DNA of 64,000 nucleotides from Chrysomallon squamiferum (GCA_012295275.1 CM022672.1:9672001-9736000); one strand, 5' to 3'; shown: positions 15,724-30,988, counted from the first letter of the stretch. The notes: generated by a model from the sequence alone, not told the origin. Translations and numbers: made by a program.

Positions 15724-17381
15724 GTTATTGATGTTATTATTATTATTATTATTATTATGTATTATTATTTTCAAATAGTTATTTAAATTTTTGTTGCTAG
15801 TGTTGTTGTAGAACAAAAAAAAAAAAAAAAAAAAAAAACCCAAACATTAATGATAATCCTAAATAACAAGAATGAATATACATGAGCTACCAAGTTGTGT
15901 AATAATTAATTAATATAACGTGGCAAGTGGGAAAAGGTTATTTTGACAATCATCACCGACGGCGATTACTTTTATAAAATAGAGAGAAAAAGGCCATGAA
16001 AAAAAAAAATGTGTTCGACTTTTAAATTCGCACATATATGTAAGTATGAAATTTTCAGTTTTCATTTACATATTCAAGCAATGACAAAACGGAAGATTTA
16101 TTTGCTGTAAAACATACGATAGCATTAGACTGAATTATTTTGCTACACCAGAAACATATATTTACTAGAATGATTCAAAAAGTAAAACTGGGATGACCTT
16201 CCTCACTTTCAGTTGATCCATGTAGAAACTGCGGACAAAATGAAAAATGTTCTGTTGACCAGGGTCAAAGAAAATGCGTTTGCCGTGACGGATTTTACAG
16301 AAACAGCCAATATGTATGCACAGGTAAGCATTCTACATGCACACTAATAACACTCGTATCTGTTTATGTTACTGCACCAAGGATAGAGTTATATGAACAA
16401 AAACAACTCTGCTCCATACAGCAGTAGTAATCGGTTAACAGACGTAGCAGCAACAGTAGTGATGCTTTTCGTGTTTTTTTAATTGTAGTTTTGTTTCTTT
16501 TATTTTTGATTTTGATTTATTTATTTATTTATTTATTTATTATTATTATTATTATTATAATTATTATTGTTATTATTATTATTATTATTGTTATTATTAT
16601 TATTATTATGTATTATTATTTTCAAATAGTTATTTAAATTTTTGTTGCTAGTGTTGTTGGAAAAAAAAAAAAAAAAAAAAAAACATTAATGATAATCCTA
16701 AATAACAAGAAAGAATATACATGAGCTACCAAGTTGTGTAATAATTAATTATTATAACGTGGCAAGTGGGAAAAGGTTATTTTGACAATCATCACCGACG
16801 GCGATTACTATTATAAAATAGAGAAAAAAAGGCCATGAAAAAAAAAAAATGTGTTCGACTTTTAAATTCGCACATATTTGTAAGTATGAAATTTTCAGTT
16901 TTCATTTACACATTCAAGCAATGACAAAACGGAAGATTTATTTGCTGTAAAACATACGATAGCATTAGACTGAATTATATTACTACAACAAAAACATATA
17001 TTTACAAAATGATTCAAAACGTAAAACTATGATGACCTTCCTCACTTTCAGATGATCCATGTAGAAACTGCGGACAAAATGAAAGATGTTCTGTTGACCA
17101 GGGTGAAAGAAAATGCGTTTGCCGTGACGGATTTTACAGAAACAGCCAATATGTATGCACAGGTAAGCATTTTACATGCACACTAATAACACTCGTATCT
17201 GTTTATGTTACTGCACCAAGGATAGAGTTATATGAACAGAAATAACTCTGTTCCATACAGCAGTAGTAATCGGTTAACAGACGTAGCAGCAACAGTAGTC
17301 ATGCTTTTCGTGCTTTTTTTAATTGTAGTTTTGTTTGTTTTATTTTTGTTTTTTATTTATTAATTTATTTCTTTATTTCTT

Positions 17382-17416
<35 letters not shown>

Positions 17417-18176
17417 GTATTATTATTTTCAAATAGTTATTTAAATTTTTGTTGCTAGTGTTGTTGTAGAACAAAAAAAAAAAAAAAAAAAAAAAAAAAA
17501 CCAAACATTAATGATAATCCTAAATAACAAGAATGAATATACATGAGCTACCAAGTTGTGTAATAATTAATTATTATAACGTGGCAAGTGGGAAAAGGTT
17601 ATTTTGACAATCATCACCGACGGCGATTACTTTTATAAAATAGAGAGAAAAAGGCCATGAAAAAAAAATGTGTTCGACTTTTAAATTCGCACATATATGT
17701 AAGTATGAAATTTTCAGTTTTCATTTACATATTCAAGCAATGACAAAACGGAAGATTTATTTGCTGTAAAACATACGATAGCATTAGACTGAATTATTTT
17801 GCTACACCAGAAACATATATTTACTAGAATGATTCAAAACTTAAAACTGGGATGACCTTCCTCACTTTCAGTTGATCCATGTAGAAACTGCGGACAAAAT
17901 GAAAAATGTTCTGTTGACCAGGGTCAAAGAAAATGCGTTTGCCGTGACGGATTTTACAGAAACAGCCAATATGTATGCATAGGTAAGCATTCTACATGCA
18001 TATTAATAACACTCGTATCTGTTTATGTTACTGCACCAAGGATAGAGTTATATGAACAAAAATAACTCTGCTCCATACAGCAGTAGTAATCGGTTAACAG
18101 ACGTAGCAGCAACAGTAGTGATGCTTTTCGTGTCTTTTGAATTGTAGTTTTGTTTCTTTTATTTTTGATTTTTATT

Positions 18177-18209
<33 letters not shown>

Positions 18210-18216
18210 GTTATTA

Positions 18217-18266
<50 letters not shown>

Positions 18267-19017
18267 TTCAAATAGTTATTTAAATTTTTGTTGCTAGTGT
18301 TGTTGTAGAACAAAAAAAAAAAAAAAAAAACAAACATTAATGATAATCCTAAATAACAAGAAAGAATATACATGAGCTACCAAGTTGTGTAATAATTAAT
18401 TATTATAACGTGGCAAGTGGGAAAAGGTTATTTTGACAATCATCACCGACGGCGATTACTTTTATAAAATAGAGAGAAAAAGGCCATACAAAAAAATGTT
18501 TGTTCGACTTTTAAATTCGCACATATTTGTAAGTATGAAATTTTCAGTTTTCATTTACACATTCAAGCAATGACAAAACGGAAGATTTATTTCCTCTAAA
18601 ACATACGATAGCATTAGACCGAATTATATTACTACAACAAAAACATATATTTACAAAATGATTCAAAACGTAAAACTGGGATGACCTTCCTCACTTTCAG
18701 TTGATCCATGTAGAAGCTGCGGACAAAATGAAAAATGTTCTGTTGACCAGGGTGAAAGAAAATGCGTTTGCCGTGACGGATTTCACAGAAACAGCCAATA
18801 TGTATGCATAGGTAAGCATTCTACATGCATATTAATAACACTCGTATCTGTTTATGTTACTGCACCAAGGATAGAGTTATATGAACAGAAATAACTCTGT
18901 TCCATACAGCAGTAGTAATCGGTTAACAGACGTAGCAGCAACAGTAGTGATGCTTTTCGTGTCTTTTTAATTGTAGTTTTGTTTCTTTTATTATAGTTTT
19001 TTATTTATTTATTTCTT

Positions 19018-19074
<57 letters not shown>

Positions 19075-19118
19075 TTAAAATAGTTATTTAAATTTTTGTT
19101 GATGGTGTCGTTGTAGAA

Positions 19119-19150
<32 letters not shown>

Positions 19151-20676
19151 ATTAATGATAATCCTAAATAACAAGAAAGAATACACATGAGCTACCAAGT
19201 TGTGTAATAATTAATTATTATAACGTGGCAAGTGGGAAAAGGTTATTTTGACAATCATCACCGACGGCGATTACTATTATAAAATAGAGAGAAAAAGGCC
19301 ATGAAAAAAAAAATGTGTTCGACTTTTAAATTCGCACATATTTGTAAGTATGAAATTTTCAGTTTTCATTTACACATTCAAGCAATGACAAAACGGAAGA
19401 TTTATTTGCTGTAAAACATACGATAGCATTAGACTGAATTATATTACTACAACAAAAACATATATTTACAAAATGATTCAAAACGTAAAACTATGATGAC
19501 CTTCCTCACTTTCAGATGATCCATGTAGAAACTGCGGACAAAATGAAAGATGTTCTGTTGACCAGGGTGAAAGAAAATGCGTTTGCCGTGACGGATTTTA
19601 CAGAAACAGCCAATATGTATGCACAGGTAAGCATTTTACATGCACACTAATAACACTCGTATCTGTTTATGTTACTGCACCAAGGATAGAGTTATATGAA
19701 CAGAAATAACTCTGTTCCATACAGCAGTAGTAATCGGTTAACAGACGTAGCAACAACAGTAATGATGCTTTTCGTACTTTTTTTAATTGTAGTTTTGTTT
19801 GTTTTATTTTTGTTTTTTATTTATTAATTTATTTCTTTATTTCTTTATTTATTATTATTATTATTATTATTTATTATTGATGTTATTATTATTATTATTA
19901 TTATTATTATGTATTATTATTTTCAAATAGTTATTTAAATTTTTGTTGCTAGTGTTGTTGTAGAACAAAAAAAAAAAAAAAAAAAAACCAAACATTAATG
20001 ATAATCCTAAATAACAAGAATGAATATACATGAGCTACCAAGTTGTGTAATAATTAATTATTATAACGTGGCAAGTGGGAAAAGGTTATTTTGACAATCA
20101 TCACCGACGGCGATTACTTTTATAAAATAGAGAGAAAAAGGCCATACAAAAAAATGTTTGTTCGACTTTTAAATTCGCACATATTTGTAAGTATGAAATT
20201 TTCAGTTTTCATTTACACATTCAAGCAATCACAAAACGGAAGATTTATTTGCTGTAAAAGATACGATAGCATTAGACTGAATTATATTACTACAACAAAA
20301 ACATATATTTACAAAATGATTCAAAACGTAAAACTGGGATGACCTTCCTCACTTTCAGTTGATCCATGTAGAAGCTGCGGACAAAATGAAAGATGTTCTG
20401 TTGACCAGGGTCAAAGAAAATGCGTTTGCCGTGACGGATTTTACAGAAACAGCCAATATGTATGCACAGGTAAGCATTTTACATGCATATTAATAACACT
20501 CGTATCTGTTTATGTTACTGCACCAAGGATAGAGTTATATGAACAGAAATAACTCTGCTCCATACAGCAGTAGTAATCGGTTAACAGACGTAGCAGCAAC
20601 AGTAGTGATGCTTTTCGTTGTTTTTTTAATTGTAGTTTTGTTTGTTTTATTATTGTTTTTTATTTATTTATTTATT

Positions 20677-20718
<42 letters not shown>

Positions 20719-21497
20719 TATTATTATTATTATTTATTATTAAATTTTCAAATAGTTATTTAAATTTTTGTTGCTGGTGTCGTTGTAGAACAAAAAAACA
20801 ACAAAAAAAAAAAAAACATTAATGAGAATCCTAAATAACAAGAAAGAATACACATGAGCTACCAAGTTGTGTAATAATTAATTATTATAACGTGGCAAGT
20901 GGGAAAAGGTTATTTTGACAATCATCACCGACGGCGATTACTTTTATAAAATAGAGAGAAAAAGGCCATGAAAAACAAAATGTGTTCGACTTTTAAATTC
21001 GCACATATATGTAAGTATGAAATTTTCAGTTTTCATTTAGACATTGAAACTATGACAAAACGGAAGATTTATTTGATGTAAAACATATGATAGCGTTAGA
21101 CTGAATTATTTTACTACAACAAAAACATATATTTACAAAATGATTCAAAACGTAAAACTGGGATGACCTTCCTCACTTTCAGTTGACCCATGTAGAAACT
21201 GCGGACAAAATGAAAGATGTTCTGTTGACCAGGGTGAAAGAAAATGCGTTTGCCGTGACGGATTTTACAGAAACAACCAATATGTATGCACAGGTAAGCA
21301 TTTTACATGCATACTAATAACACTCGTATCTGTTCATGTTACTGCACCAAGGATAGAGTTATATGAACAGAAATAACTCTGTTCCATACAGCAGTAGTAA
21401 TCGGTCAATCGACGTAGCAGGAACAGTAGTGATGCTTTTCGTGTTTCTTTAATTGTAGTTTTGTTTTGTTTCTTTTATTTTTGTTTTTTTATTTATT

Positions 21498-21569
<72 letters not shown>

Positions 21570-22226
21570 TTTTTTTCAAATAGTTATTTAAATTTTTGTT
21601 GCTAGTGTTGTTGTAGAACAAAAAAAAAAAAAAACATTAATGATAATCCTAAATAACAAGAAAGAATATACATGAGCTACCAAGTTGTGTAATAATTAAT
21701 TATTATAACGTGGCAAGTGGGAAAAGGTTATTTTGACAATCATCACCGACGGCGATTAATTTTATAAAATAGAGAGAAAAAGGCCATGAAAAAAAAATTT
21801 GTTCGACTTTTAAATTCGCACATATATGTAAGTATGAAATTTTCAGTTTTCATTTAGACATTGAAACTATGACAAAACGGAAGATTTATTTCCTGTAAAA
21901 CATATGATAGCGTTAGACTGAATTATTTTACTACAACAAAAATATATATTTACAAAATGATTCAAAACGTAAAACTGGGATGACCTTCCTCACTTTCAGT
22001 TGACCCATGTACTACAGCAGTAGTAATCGGTTAACAGACGTAGGAAGAACAGTAATGATACTTTTCGTGCTTTTTTTATGGTAGTTTTGTTTGTTTTATT
22101 TTTGTTTTTTATTTATTAATGTTTTTTTATTTATTTATTGATTGATTATTATTATTATTATTATTATTGTTATTATTATTATTATTATTATGTATTATTA
22201 TTGTTGTTGTTGTTGTTGTTCTTCTT

Positions 22227-22301
<75 letters not shown>

Positions 22302-22427
22302 TTCAAATAGTTATTTACATTTTTGTTGCCGGTGGCGTTGTAGAACAAAAAATATATTGGAAAAAAGTGATGCTTTTTTTTTATGGTAGTTTTGTTTGTT
22401 TTATTTTTGTTTCTTTATTTATTTATT

Positions 22428-22487
<60 letters not shown>

Positions 22488-23088
22488 TTACTGTCGTTGA
22501 TGCTATAGCTGAAGAAACGGTTAGTGGGAAATCCTAAATTCAAGAAAATATATGCATGTACAGTTTAATAATAAATTATTATAATGTGGCATCTGGAAAG
22601 GGTTATTTAGACCAAGGATAGAGCAATTTGAACTGAAATAACTTTGTTACATACACGTGAAAACAGTGCTGGATGGCAGTAGTAAACGGTTAACAGAAGG
22701 ATGTTATTGTTCTTATTTATTTCCTTCTTTTTTTCCCCCTTTTTTAAATTTATTTTTATTGTTCTTTTTGGTAGCAAAAGGTGCTATCAATTGGAAATTT
22801 TAAAATGAAGATTATAAATACACATAACAACAAGTAATTTAATAATATTATAATGTTACATGTGAGGTCGAGTTCTTGGACCATCCTTAGCAATGACGAT
22901 TTGCTATTATTAAGTATGCCCAAGTATATAAAGAAGCATTACGTAGACTTTTATAATCCCCTGACATTTATTTTTACTGCTGCTCTAGATTTTCAAATTT
23001 TAACAATATAAATATTTATGATAGTTTTGTTACAAATATAATATCTAAAACTAAATGAAACTGAAACATTTTCATAACTAAGACTATC

Positions 23089-23120
<32 letters not shown>

Positions 23121-23750
23121 TTGTTTACAGACGAAAAATATTTAACTTATTTGTACTGCGAATTCGATTTTGTTACCCAAAAGAAACATCATGAAAAAAC
23201 TAAATTATTCTAATTAAATTAATTTATAATAACACATTTAACGCTAATAGCAAATTATTATTATTATTATTATTATTATTTTTTTATAACTACTACTACT
23301 ACTATTATGATCATCATCATAGTCTTCACCATCATTACTAAAAAGAAATAAATAAACAAATAAATAAATAATTTCCTCTCTTTGACATAAGAAATGTCTA
23401 GTTATTTTCTGTTGATTCTATTGCGTTAGATCCACTTATCAATTTCACAATAATCACTACAAAGACGTTGATTTTAATTTCACAGCTTTGTTACATACAA
23501 ACTGAAAGTTCAGTTGATGTTTCTGGTATTTATGTACAGATATAAATGAATGTTCTACACATGCTGCTAACTGTGATGCTCGTGCAATATGCATTAACAC
23601 ACCGGGAAGTTACAAGTGTAAATGCCAAGCTGGTTATACTGGAGATGGGCATTTTTGTCACAGTGAGTACATAACTTTAAAAAATATATATATATATACT
23701 TATTAATATTAATCGTTTATTTTTTTTAAAAACCCTATTAAACACTGCAG

Positions 23751-23817
<67 letters not shown>

Positions 23818-25047
23818 CACACACAATTATTGATATTTAGTGTAAAAGGACATCATGAAAAACATTTGAGCATAAATTAAATTTCTTTTCAGGACTTTAC
23901 ATTGCTGAGTGTGTTCCTGGAAGACACGAATGTGACGTCCATGCTAGATGTGTACATACTATTGACGGTTATAAATGTAAATGTTATTCTGGCTACGAGG
24001 GTAATGGAATTTCATGCACAGGTAAAGATATGTTATCCGAAACTGAATTGTATTCCTTATTTGATTATGGAACTAAAATACAAATGCATATTCTATTTTT
24101 CATATCTAAACAGGCAGACAAACAGAATCGACAATTCACCAATATCACAACTATTAATTAATGAAATTCCAAAGATTACCGTTATATCTGGCCAGTAATA
24201 CTGAATCATTTCGATCCTAAATAATCACTCATATCCGAGTGTATACTGTATCAATACATAAGTCTATTCGTTGCATCATGACATTTAATATTTTATTTTT
24301 ATTGAATCTTTCTCTTTACTGCAAATAAATAAAATAAAATACAATAAATATTATTATTATTATTATAATTATTATTATTATTATCACTACTACTACTACT
24401 ACTACTGTTATTATCATCATCATCGTCGTGAGTAAAAATAAATAAATAATTTATTCAGTTTAACACAAGAAATGTCTTGTTATATTTTTGTTGATTCTAT
24501 TGCATTAGATCCACTTTTCGATTTCACAATAATCACTTAAAAAACATTGATTTTAATTTCACAGCTTTGTTACATACAAACTAATAGCTCAGTTGATGTT
24601 TCTGGTATTTATGTACAGATATAAATGAATGTTCTACGTATGCTGCTAACTGTCATCCTCGTGCAACATGCATTAACACACCGGGAAGTTACAAGTGTAA
24701 ATGCCAAGCTGGTTATACTGGAGATGGGCATTTTTGTTACAGTGAGTACATAACTTAAATTTTTTAAAATAAAATATACATGCATGCATGCACATGAGCT
24801 CATGAAAGCACACACACGCATATAAGTCTACTGATATTTAGTGTAAAGGACATCATGAAAATATTTTACCATAAATTAAATTTATTTTCAGTAATTCAAG
24901 ATCCTTGTAGTGATGGAACCAGAACTTGTGATCAAAATGCCAAGTGTGTTGAAAAGTCAGGATTCTACCAGTGTGTCTGCAATTCGGGATATGATGGTGA
25001 TGGCTATAAATGTGTTGGTGGGTATCACGAATCAGATTAAGTAACTG

Positions 25048-25084
<37 letters not shown>

Positions 25085-25841
25085 GGATGTACATGCGGTA
25101 GACTCGCTATCTGTGCAGATCTTGTCTGATATATTATCATTGAGCGGCTCATATAAAGATCAACTTTAACGATGTATCAAATAGTACACGTAAAAGAAAC
25201 ATTAGTCCCTTGAGTCTACATATCCATTGTGAATTTGTGTGACATAATGTAGCTGAATGTGCTACTCTAACTGGTTACGTAACAGATACTATGCAAGCAG
25301 AAACCTGCCAAATGAATGGCTGCTGAAATTTATCCATCTTCATATCAGTCTATCTATATATGTGTTCGTATAATTTAAATATCTCCTTCATTCATTTTTG
25401 TTTCATTCCTTCATTTACTTTAATTTATTTAATTTGATTTTGTTTTGTTTGTTATATAATCTATATTTATATTATGTATTGTTATATGGATAGTCATTAG
25501 CTATTGTTTTCTTTGCAGAAAGGTCAGTGTGTCCAGATTACATTAGCCTTCATCCAACAGATGCAAGGAAGTTCTACAAGTACCAAGAAGGTCAAGGAAA
25601 TGTCTTACTATTCTGTCAAAAGAATCTCATGTTTTGGCCTAGTCTATGCACCTGTGTTCGGGGTAAATGCCTATATATTTATTTTATTCACTTGATTGTT
25701 TGTTTTACATGTGAACTGGGAGCAAATGAGGTATGAAATTGCACGAAATTGCATGAAATGAGAATTACATTAAACCAAAACTGCGGTTTTCAGTTTAATA
25801 ATAATAATAATAATAATAATAAATATTATTATTATTATTAT

Positions 25842-25882
<41 letters not shown>

Positions 25883-28800
25883 ATTTTATTATTATTATTC
25901 AGATATTTGTGAATCACAACAAGATGGACTCACTTGGTCGAAACATTTGGATTTCAGTAGTGACAAACGTAATTGTTATGCTTATTTCAAATGTTCTGGT
26001 GGAAGATCTACATTTGCCTACTGCAATAATGGATATAGGTATGACGCGGAAGATAGATCTTGTGTTCCTGATTCTTCCTGTACTTACTCGGGACAACTAC
26101 GATTTGGTATGTGTTCATTTAACTCTAGATATTATGTTTGTTTATCTTTTTTTTTTCTTTTTTTTTATTCCTTCATTTGATTTCATTTGATTGATTTATT
26201 TGTTTATTTATTTATTTATTTATTTATTTATCTTATTTATTTATTAAATAATTTAGAAACTTCATGAAAGCTACAATTATTCACTGGTTAGTAAACTGAG
26301 TTGATAACATCTATCTCTATCTACAAAAAAAAAAGGGATTAAACAAAAATATTTACTTTATGTTCCTCTGTTAGGCATATCTGCCAAAACATTTAGACGT
26401 TCTTGAATCATGTGAAAAAAATACATTCATTCACAAACCATTCTGTATAAAGGAAAACAAATTAGATAATGTCATTTACTACTGATGAGATGAAATACTG
26501 ATGATTATTTTATTATTTCAGATCCAGATGTGAAAGTCTGTGAAAACTGTCCAGGTAAGTTGTTTAAATTCTTAAGATTAATGCTTATACTACTACTACA
26601 CCTACCATTTGTATTACCACTTCTGCTACAGTCACCATCATCACTACTACTACTAGTGTTACTGCTACAGTTATTACTACTACAACTAATGATGAAGAAA
26701 ACAAATAATAATAAAAGGAAATAAACAGTAATCATAATCATAACCGAACAAAAATGTTTTAATTATTATTTCAATGAGAAACTTGTGAATTATCTGCCAG
26801 TGCAAAGAAAATGATAAAGAAATCATTACAGATAAAACATACATGCAGCTAATACATTATACATAGCGATGTTTCATGAAAAGTATTTAGCGATGTAAGT
26901 TTTTGTATTCGTAACTACATGTGGGTTTTTTCTTCAGATGTTCCATTGACAGGATGTGCACTAGACCCAAGAATATGTCATGTCAATGCCCAGTGCGTTA
27001 TTGTCAACAATACTTTCACATGTCAGTGCAACACTGGCTATGAAGGTGATGGCACTAACTGTGAAGGTTTGTATCATCTCTGCAGTTTATATAAATACCT
27101 AGTGTTTTACAAGCAAGATCAAGTTCAATAAAGATATGTTTTAATTTCGAATTAATCCTATTTGTTAATCCTTCCAATTAGTTAACATTAGATAAATTAT
27201 AAATTTAATACAAATCAAACTTGTTAATTGAATTTTTGAATGAGATAATTTTAAACAGGAAACATCCATACATTGCAAAGGCTACTATCCATAATAAACA
27301 CTAGTTGGGAAAATATTTAGTTTTTGACGTTCATATAAATGTTTTAAAAAAAGAATAAAATAATAATTTAAGATACTGTAACTTTCTATTATTTCTCTGG
27401 AAGCTGTACAATTCTAACTTTAATTATCACAGACTGAATTTTCAGTTTATCTGAGTATTTTATCCCTGTTTTTGGAAAAAATTTTTTTATTAAAAGCTAT
27501 ACTCAGATTACCAATCCAGTTTCTAATAATGTTTTATTGATACTGCTGTTATTACAATTGATATGTTGTTGTTGTTGTTGCTTTTTATTTATTTATTTAT
27601 TTATATTTAATTAACAATTCTTTTTTTTTTCCTCAGCTGTTACATATAGTGAAATGGTAAAACGTAAGTAAGAATAAATGTTTTGAAATTAAAATTACAA
27701 AGATATTAGACATGTAATATAAATTTATAAATTTTGTATTATCTCACAAACTCCTGCAAATATAACACGTTTTACCATTAGAAAAATGTAATTCATTAAT
27801 TTACAAATATCTTTAATATTCATTACTTTTGACTGCTCTACAGATGTTAAAATGTTCTAAATATACTTGTTGTGGGAAAGCAAAAGTAAATAAAATTCAG
27901 AAAAAGAGAAAAAGATGTTACGAAATAATTAAGAAAGAAATGGAAAGTAATGTATGCAAAAGAAACAACTTTCACATTTTTGAACTATATTATTTTCTCT
28001 GGAGTAAAATCCACAAATATATTCCAACGACAACAATAATAAATAAATAGATATTTATAAACACTATTTCTTGAAGTAACTTTTTAAAATTCTCTTCAAT
28101 TCTTTCAGCTGTAGGGAGAGATCTTTGTAATGACATAAACCGACCGTGTGACCAAAATGCCAAGTGTGTTGAAAAGTCAGGATACTACCAGTGTGTGTGC
28201 AGTCCAGGATACTATGGAAATGGTTACAAATGTGATGGTGGGTATTGCAAAGCAGATTCAGTTAACGTTAAATATGGTGTCCATTTTGGATATACATTTA
28301 GATTCTTGCCAAAGGTCTCTTTTGCATCCTGTCAGCTAAATGTGCATATAGTCCTTATAAGATAAAGTTGCGTGAGCCATAATATGAATATAGCTGGATG
28401 TGCATCTCTAAGAATATATGCAAAAGCCTTTTTTATAACAGAAGGCAGCCATTGATAGAGAGCTATTGATATTTACATATTTTAAAAGTAATATGACTGG
28501 TAATATAATATTTCAAGTTAATCTTTTTAAAAACACTTAGTGCTGTGGCCACACTTCGATAATTGATAATTATATTCCATAATAGATCAAATATTAATAT
28601 ATTCAGAAGTCAGCACAAAACAAAAAGCTCTTTATAAAACGTTTACAGTGTTCTGTAATATTACATTTATCACAGTAAACAAAAACAAAAACAAATTATT
28701 ATAAACATACTTAATATATTAAATAAAGCCAAATGAAAATGAAACATTTTACTACTACTACTAATAATAATATTAATAATAATAATAATAATGTGAAGGA

Positions 28801-29608
28801 ATTTATCCCTTTTTGTTGACTCATCTCAGAATTGCTTTATTGTTACTAACACAAAATTTCTGTTGCACTCAAATATATTTTAATATTTTTTGTTTGCAAT
28901 TCAAACATTTAGTAATACTTGAAACTAAAAAGAATGAAATGTTTTATTATCAAGAACATCAAAACATAATGCAACTGTTAACACTGAAGGAGTAGAACAA
29001 ATAAATACCTAATATTTCAATCCCCTTTATTTCTTTTAGCCATAATCGAAATTAATTATTAAATTTAATAAATGAATGAAATTATTAAATACCGATTTAC
29101 CATTATAATATTTATTTCATTACACTGTAGCATTTGCTTCAGTGAAACATTAACCAAGTTGAAATACTTTTTACTTACAAACAATTAACACAGAAAGTTA
29201 GATAGATATAATTATGTGCCAGTCTGTATCATTCATTTATATTTGGAACTAAGAAGCAATTATTTGAAGCAAAAGATTAACTACATGAAAATATATTTAT
29301 AGCATCGGAAGAGATATATTTTTCTTTTTTTATCACACACACCCAACAGTTCAGTATTATCATAGCTGTCAATGAAATTTCAAAAGATTACTATTATACC
29401 TGGCCAGTAATATTGAATCATTTCAAAACTAAATAACAAGTCATATTAGAGTGTGTACTATATTAGTACATATATTTATTAATTACATTATGATTTGTAA
29501 AATTGTATTTTTATTTTTCATTATATTCACTGCAGAATTTCTTTTTTATATAATAACGATATTATTATTTTTATTATTTTTATTATTATAATTATTATTA
29601 TGATTATG

Positions 29609-29670
<62 letters not shown>

Positions 29671-30328
29671 AAATAAATAAATAACCAAATGAACTAATTA
29701 ATAAATTGTTTCTTCAGTTTGACAAAATAAATGTTTTATTATATTTTTGTTTATTCTATTGCATTTGATCCACTTTTGTACTTCGCAATAATCACTTCAA
29801 AGATATTGATTATAATTTCACAGCTTTGTTACATACAAACTAAAAGTTCAGTTGACGTTTCTGGTATTTATGTATAGATATAAATGAATGTTCTACGTAT
29901 GCTGCTAACTGTCATCCTCGTGCAACATGCATTAACACACCGGGAAGTTACAAATGTAAATGCCAAGCTGGTTATACTGGAGATGGGCATTTTTGTTACA
30001 GTGAGTACATAACTTGAAAAAAAAGAAGATTAAATTAAATTTAAAAAAGAAAAGAAAAGAAAAGAAAATATATTACTTTCATTTTCATAACTATAAGCAT
30101 AACATCAAGATAATACTTTAATTTGCAGATGAAAAATATATGTTACCAAATTTGTATTGCATATCTGATTGTGTTACGAAAACACACACAAAAAAATATC
30201 ATTCTTGCAAATTTAATTAACGTAATATATACATTCATAGTAAAATAATAATTATTATTATTCATATATTTATTTTAAAAAACCCAATTAAACCATGCAG
30301 TCACGTATATCTATGCACATGAAGTGAT

Positions 30329-30367
<39 letters not shown>

Positions 30368-30952
30368 TATTGATATTTAGTGTAAAAGGACATCATGAAA
30401 AACATTTGAGCATAAATTAAATTTCTTTTCAGGACTTGACATTGCTGAGTGTGTTCCTGGAAGACACGAATGTGACGTCCATGCTAGATGTGTACACACT
30501 ATTGACGGTTATAAATGTAAATGTTATTCTGGCTACCAGGGTAATGGAATTTCCTGCACAGGTAAAGATATGTTATCCGAAACTGATTTGTATTCCTTAT
30601 TTGATTATGGATCTGAAATACAAATGCATTTTCTATTTTTCATATCTAAACAGGCAGACAAACAGAATTGAGAAATCAATAATATCACAGCCATTAATTA
30701 ATGAAATTCCAGAGATTACCGTTATATCTGGCCAGTCATACTGAATCATTTCGATTCTAAATAATGACTCATATCCGAGTGTATACTGTATCAATACATA
30801 AGCCTATTCGTTGCATCATGACATTTAAAATGTTATTTTCATTGAATCTTTCTCTTTACTGCAAATAAATAAAATAAAATAAAATAAATATTATTATTAT
30901 TATTATTTTTATTATTATTATTATTTTTATTATTATTATTTTCACTACTACA

Positions 30953-30988
<36 letters not shown>

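Larger units (their letters stand above)
8070..22900 (+). repeat. Tandem array of ~815-860 bp units, each with one 111-nt EGF exon plus intron; 16 intact, 1 truncated, degenerate tail
   Basis: Exon starts at 8605, 9447, 10292, 11125, 11985, 12836, 13688, 14529, 15359, 16213, 17052, 17872, 18701, 19516, 20359 and 21183. Introns are near-identical apart from (TTA)n and poly-A lengths. Confidence 0.97.

Noticed and set aside
8605-21293. Dscam-like mutually exclusive splicing of the array
   Set aside because: The exons are nearly identical, introns are long enough for sequential splicing, and I saw no docking/selector elements. Not excluded, but unsupported.
603-22537. Poly-N/Y/I/L ORFs in the ORF track
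   Set aside because: Translations of (AAT)n, (CT)n and poly-A microsatellites.
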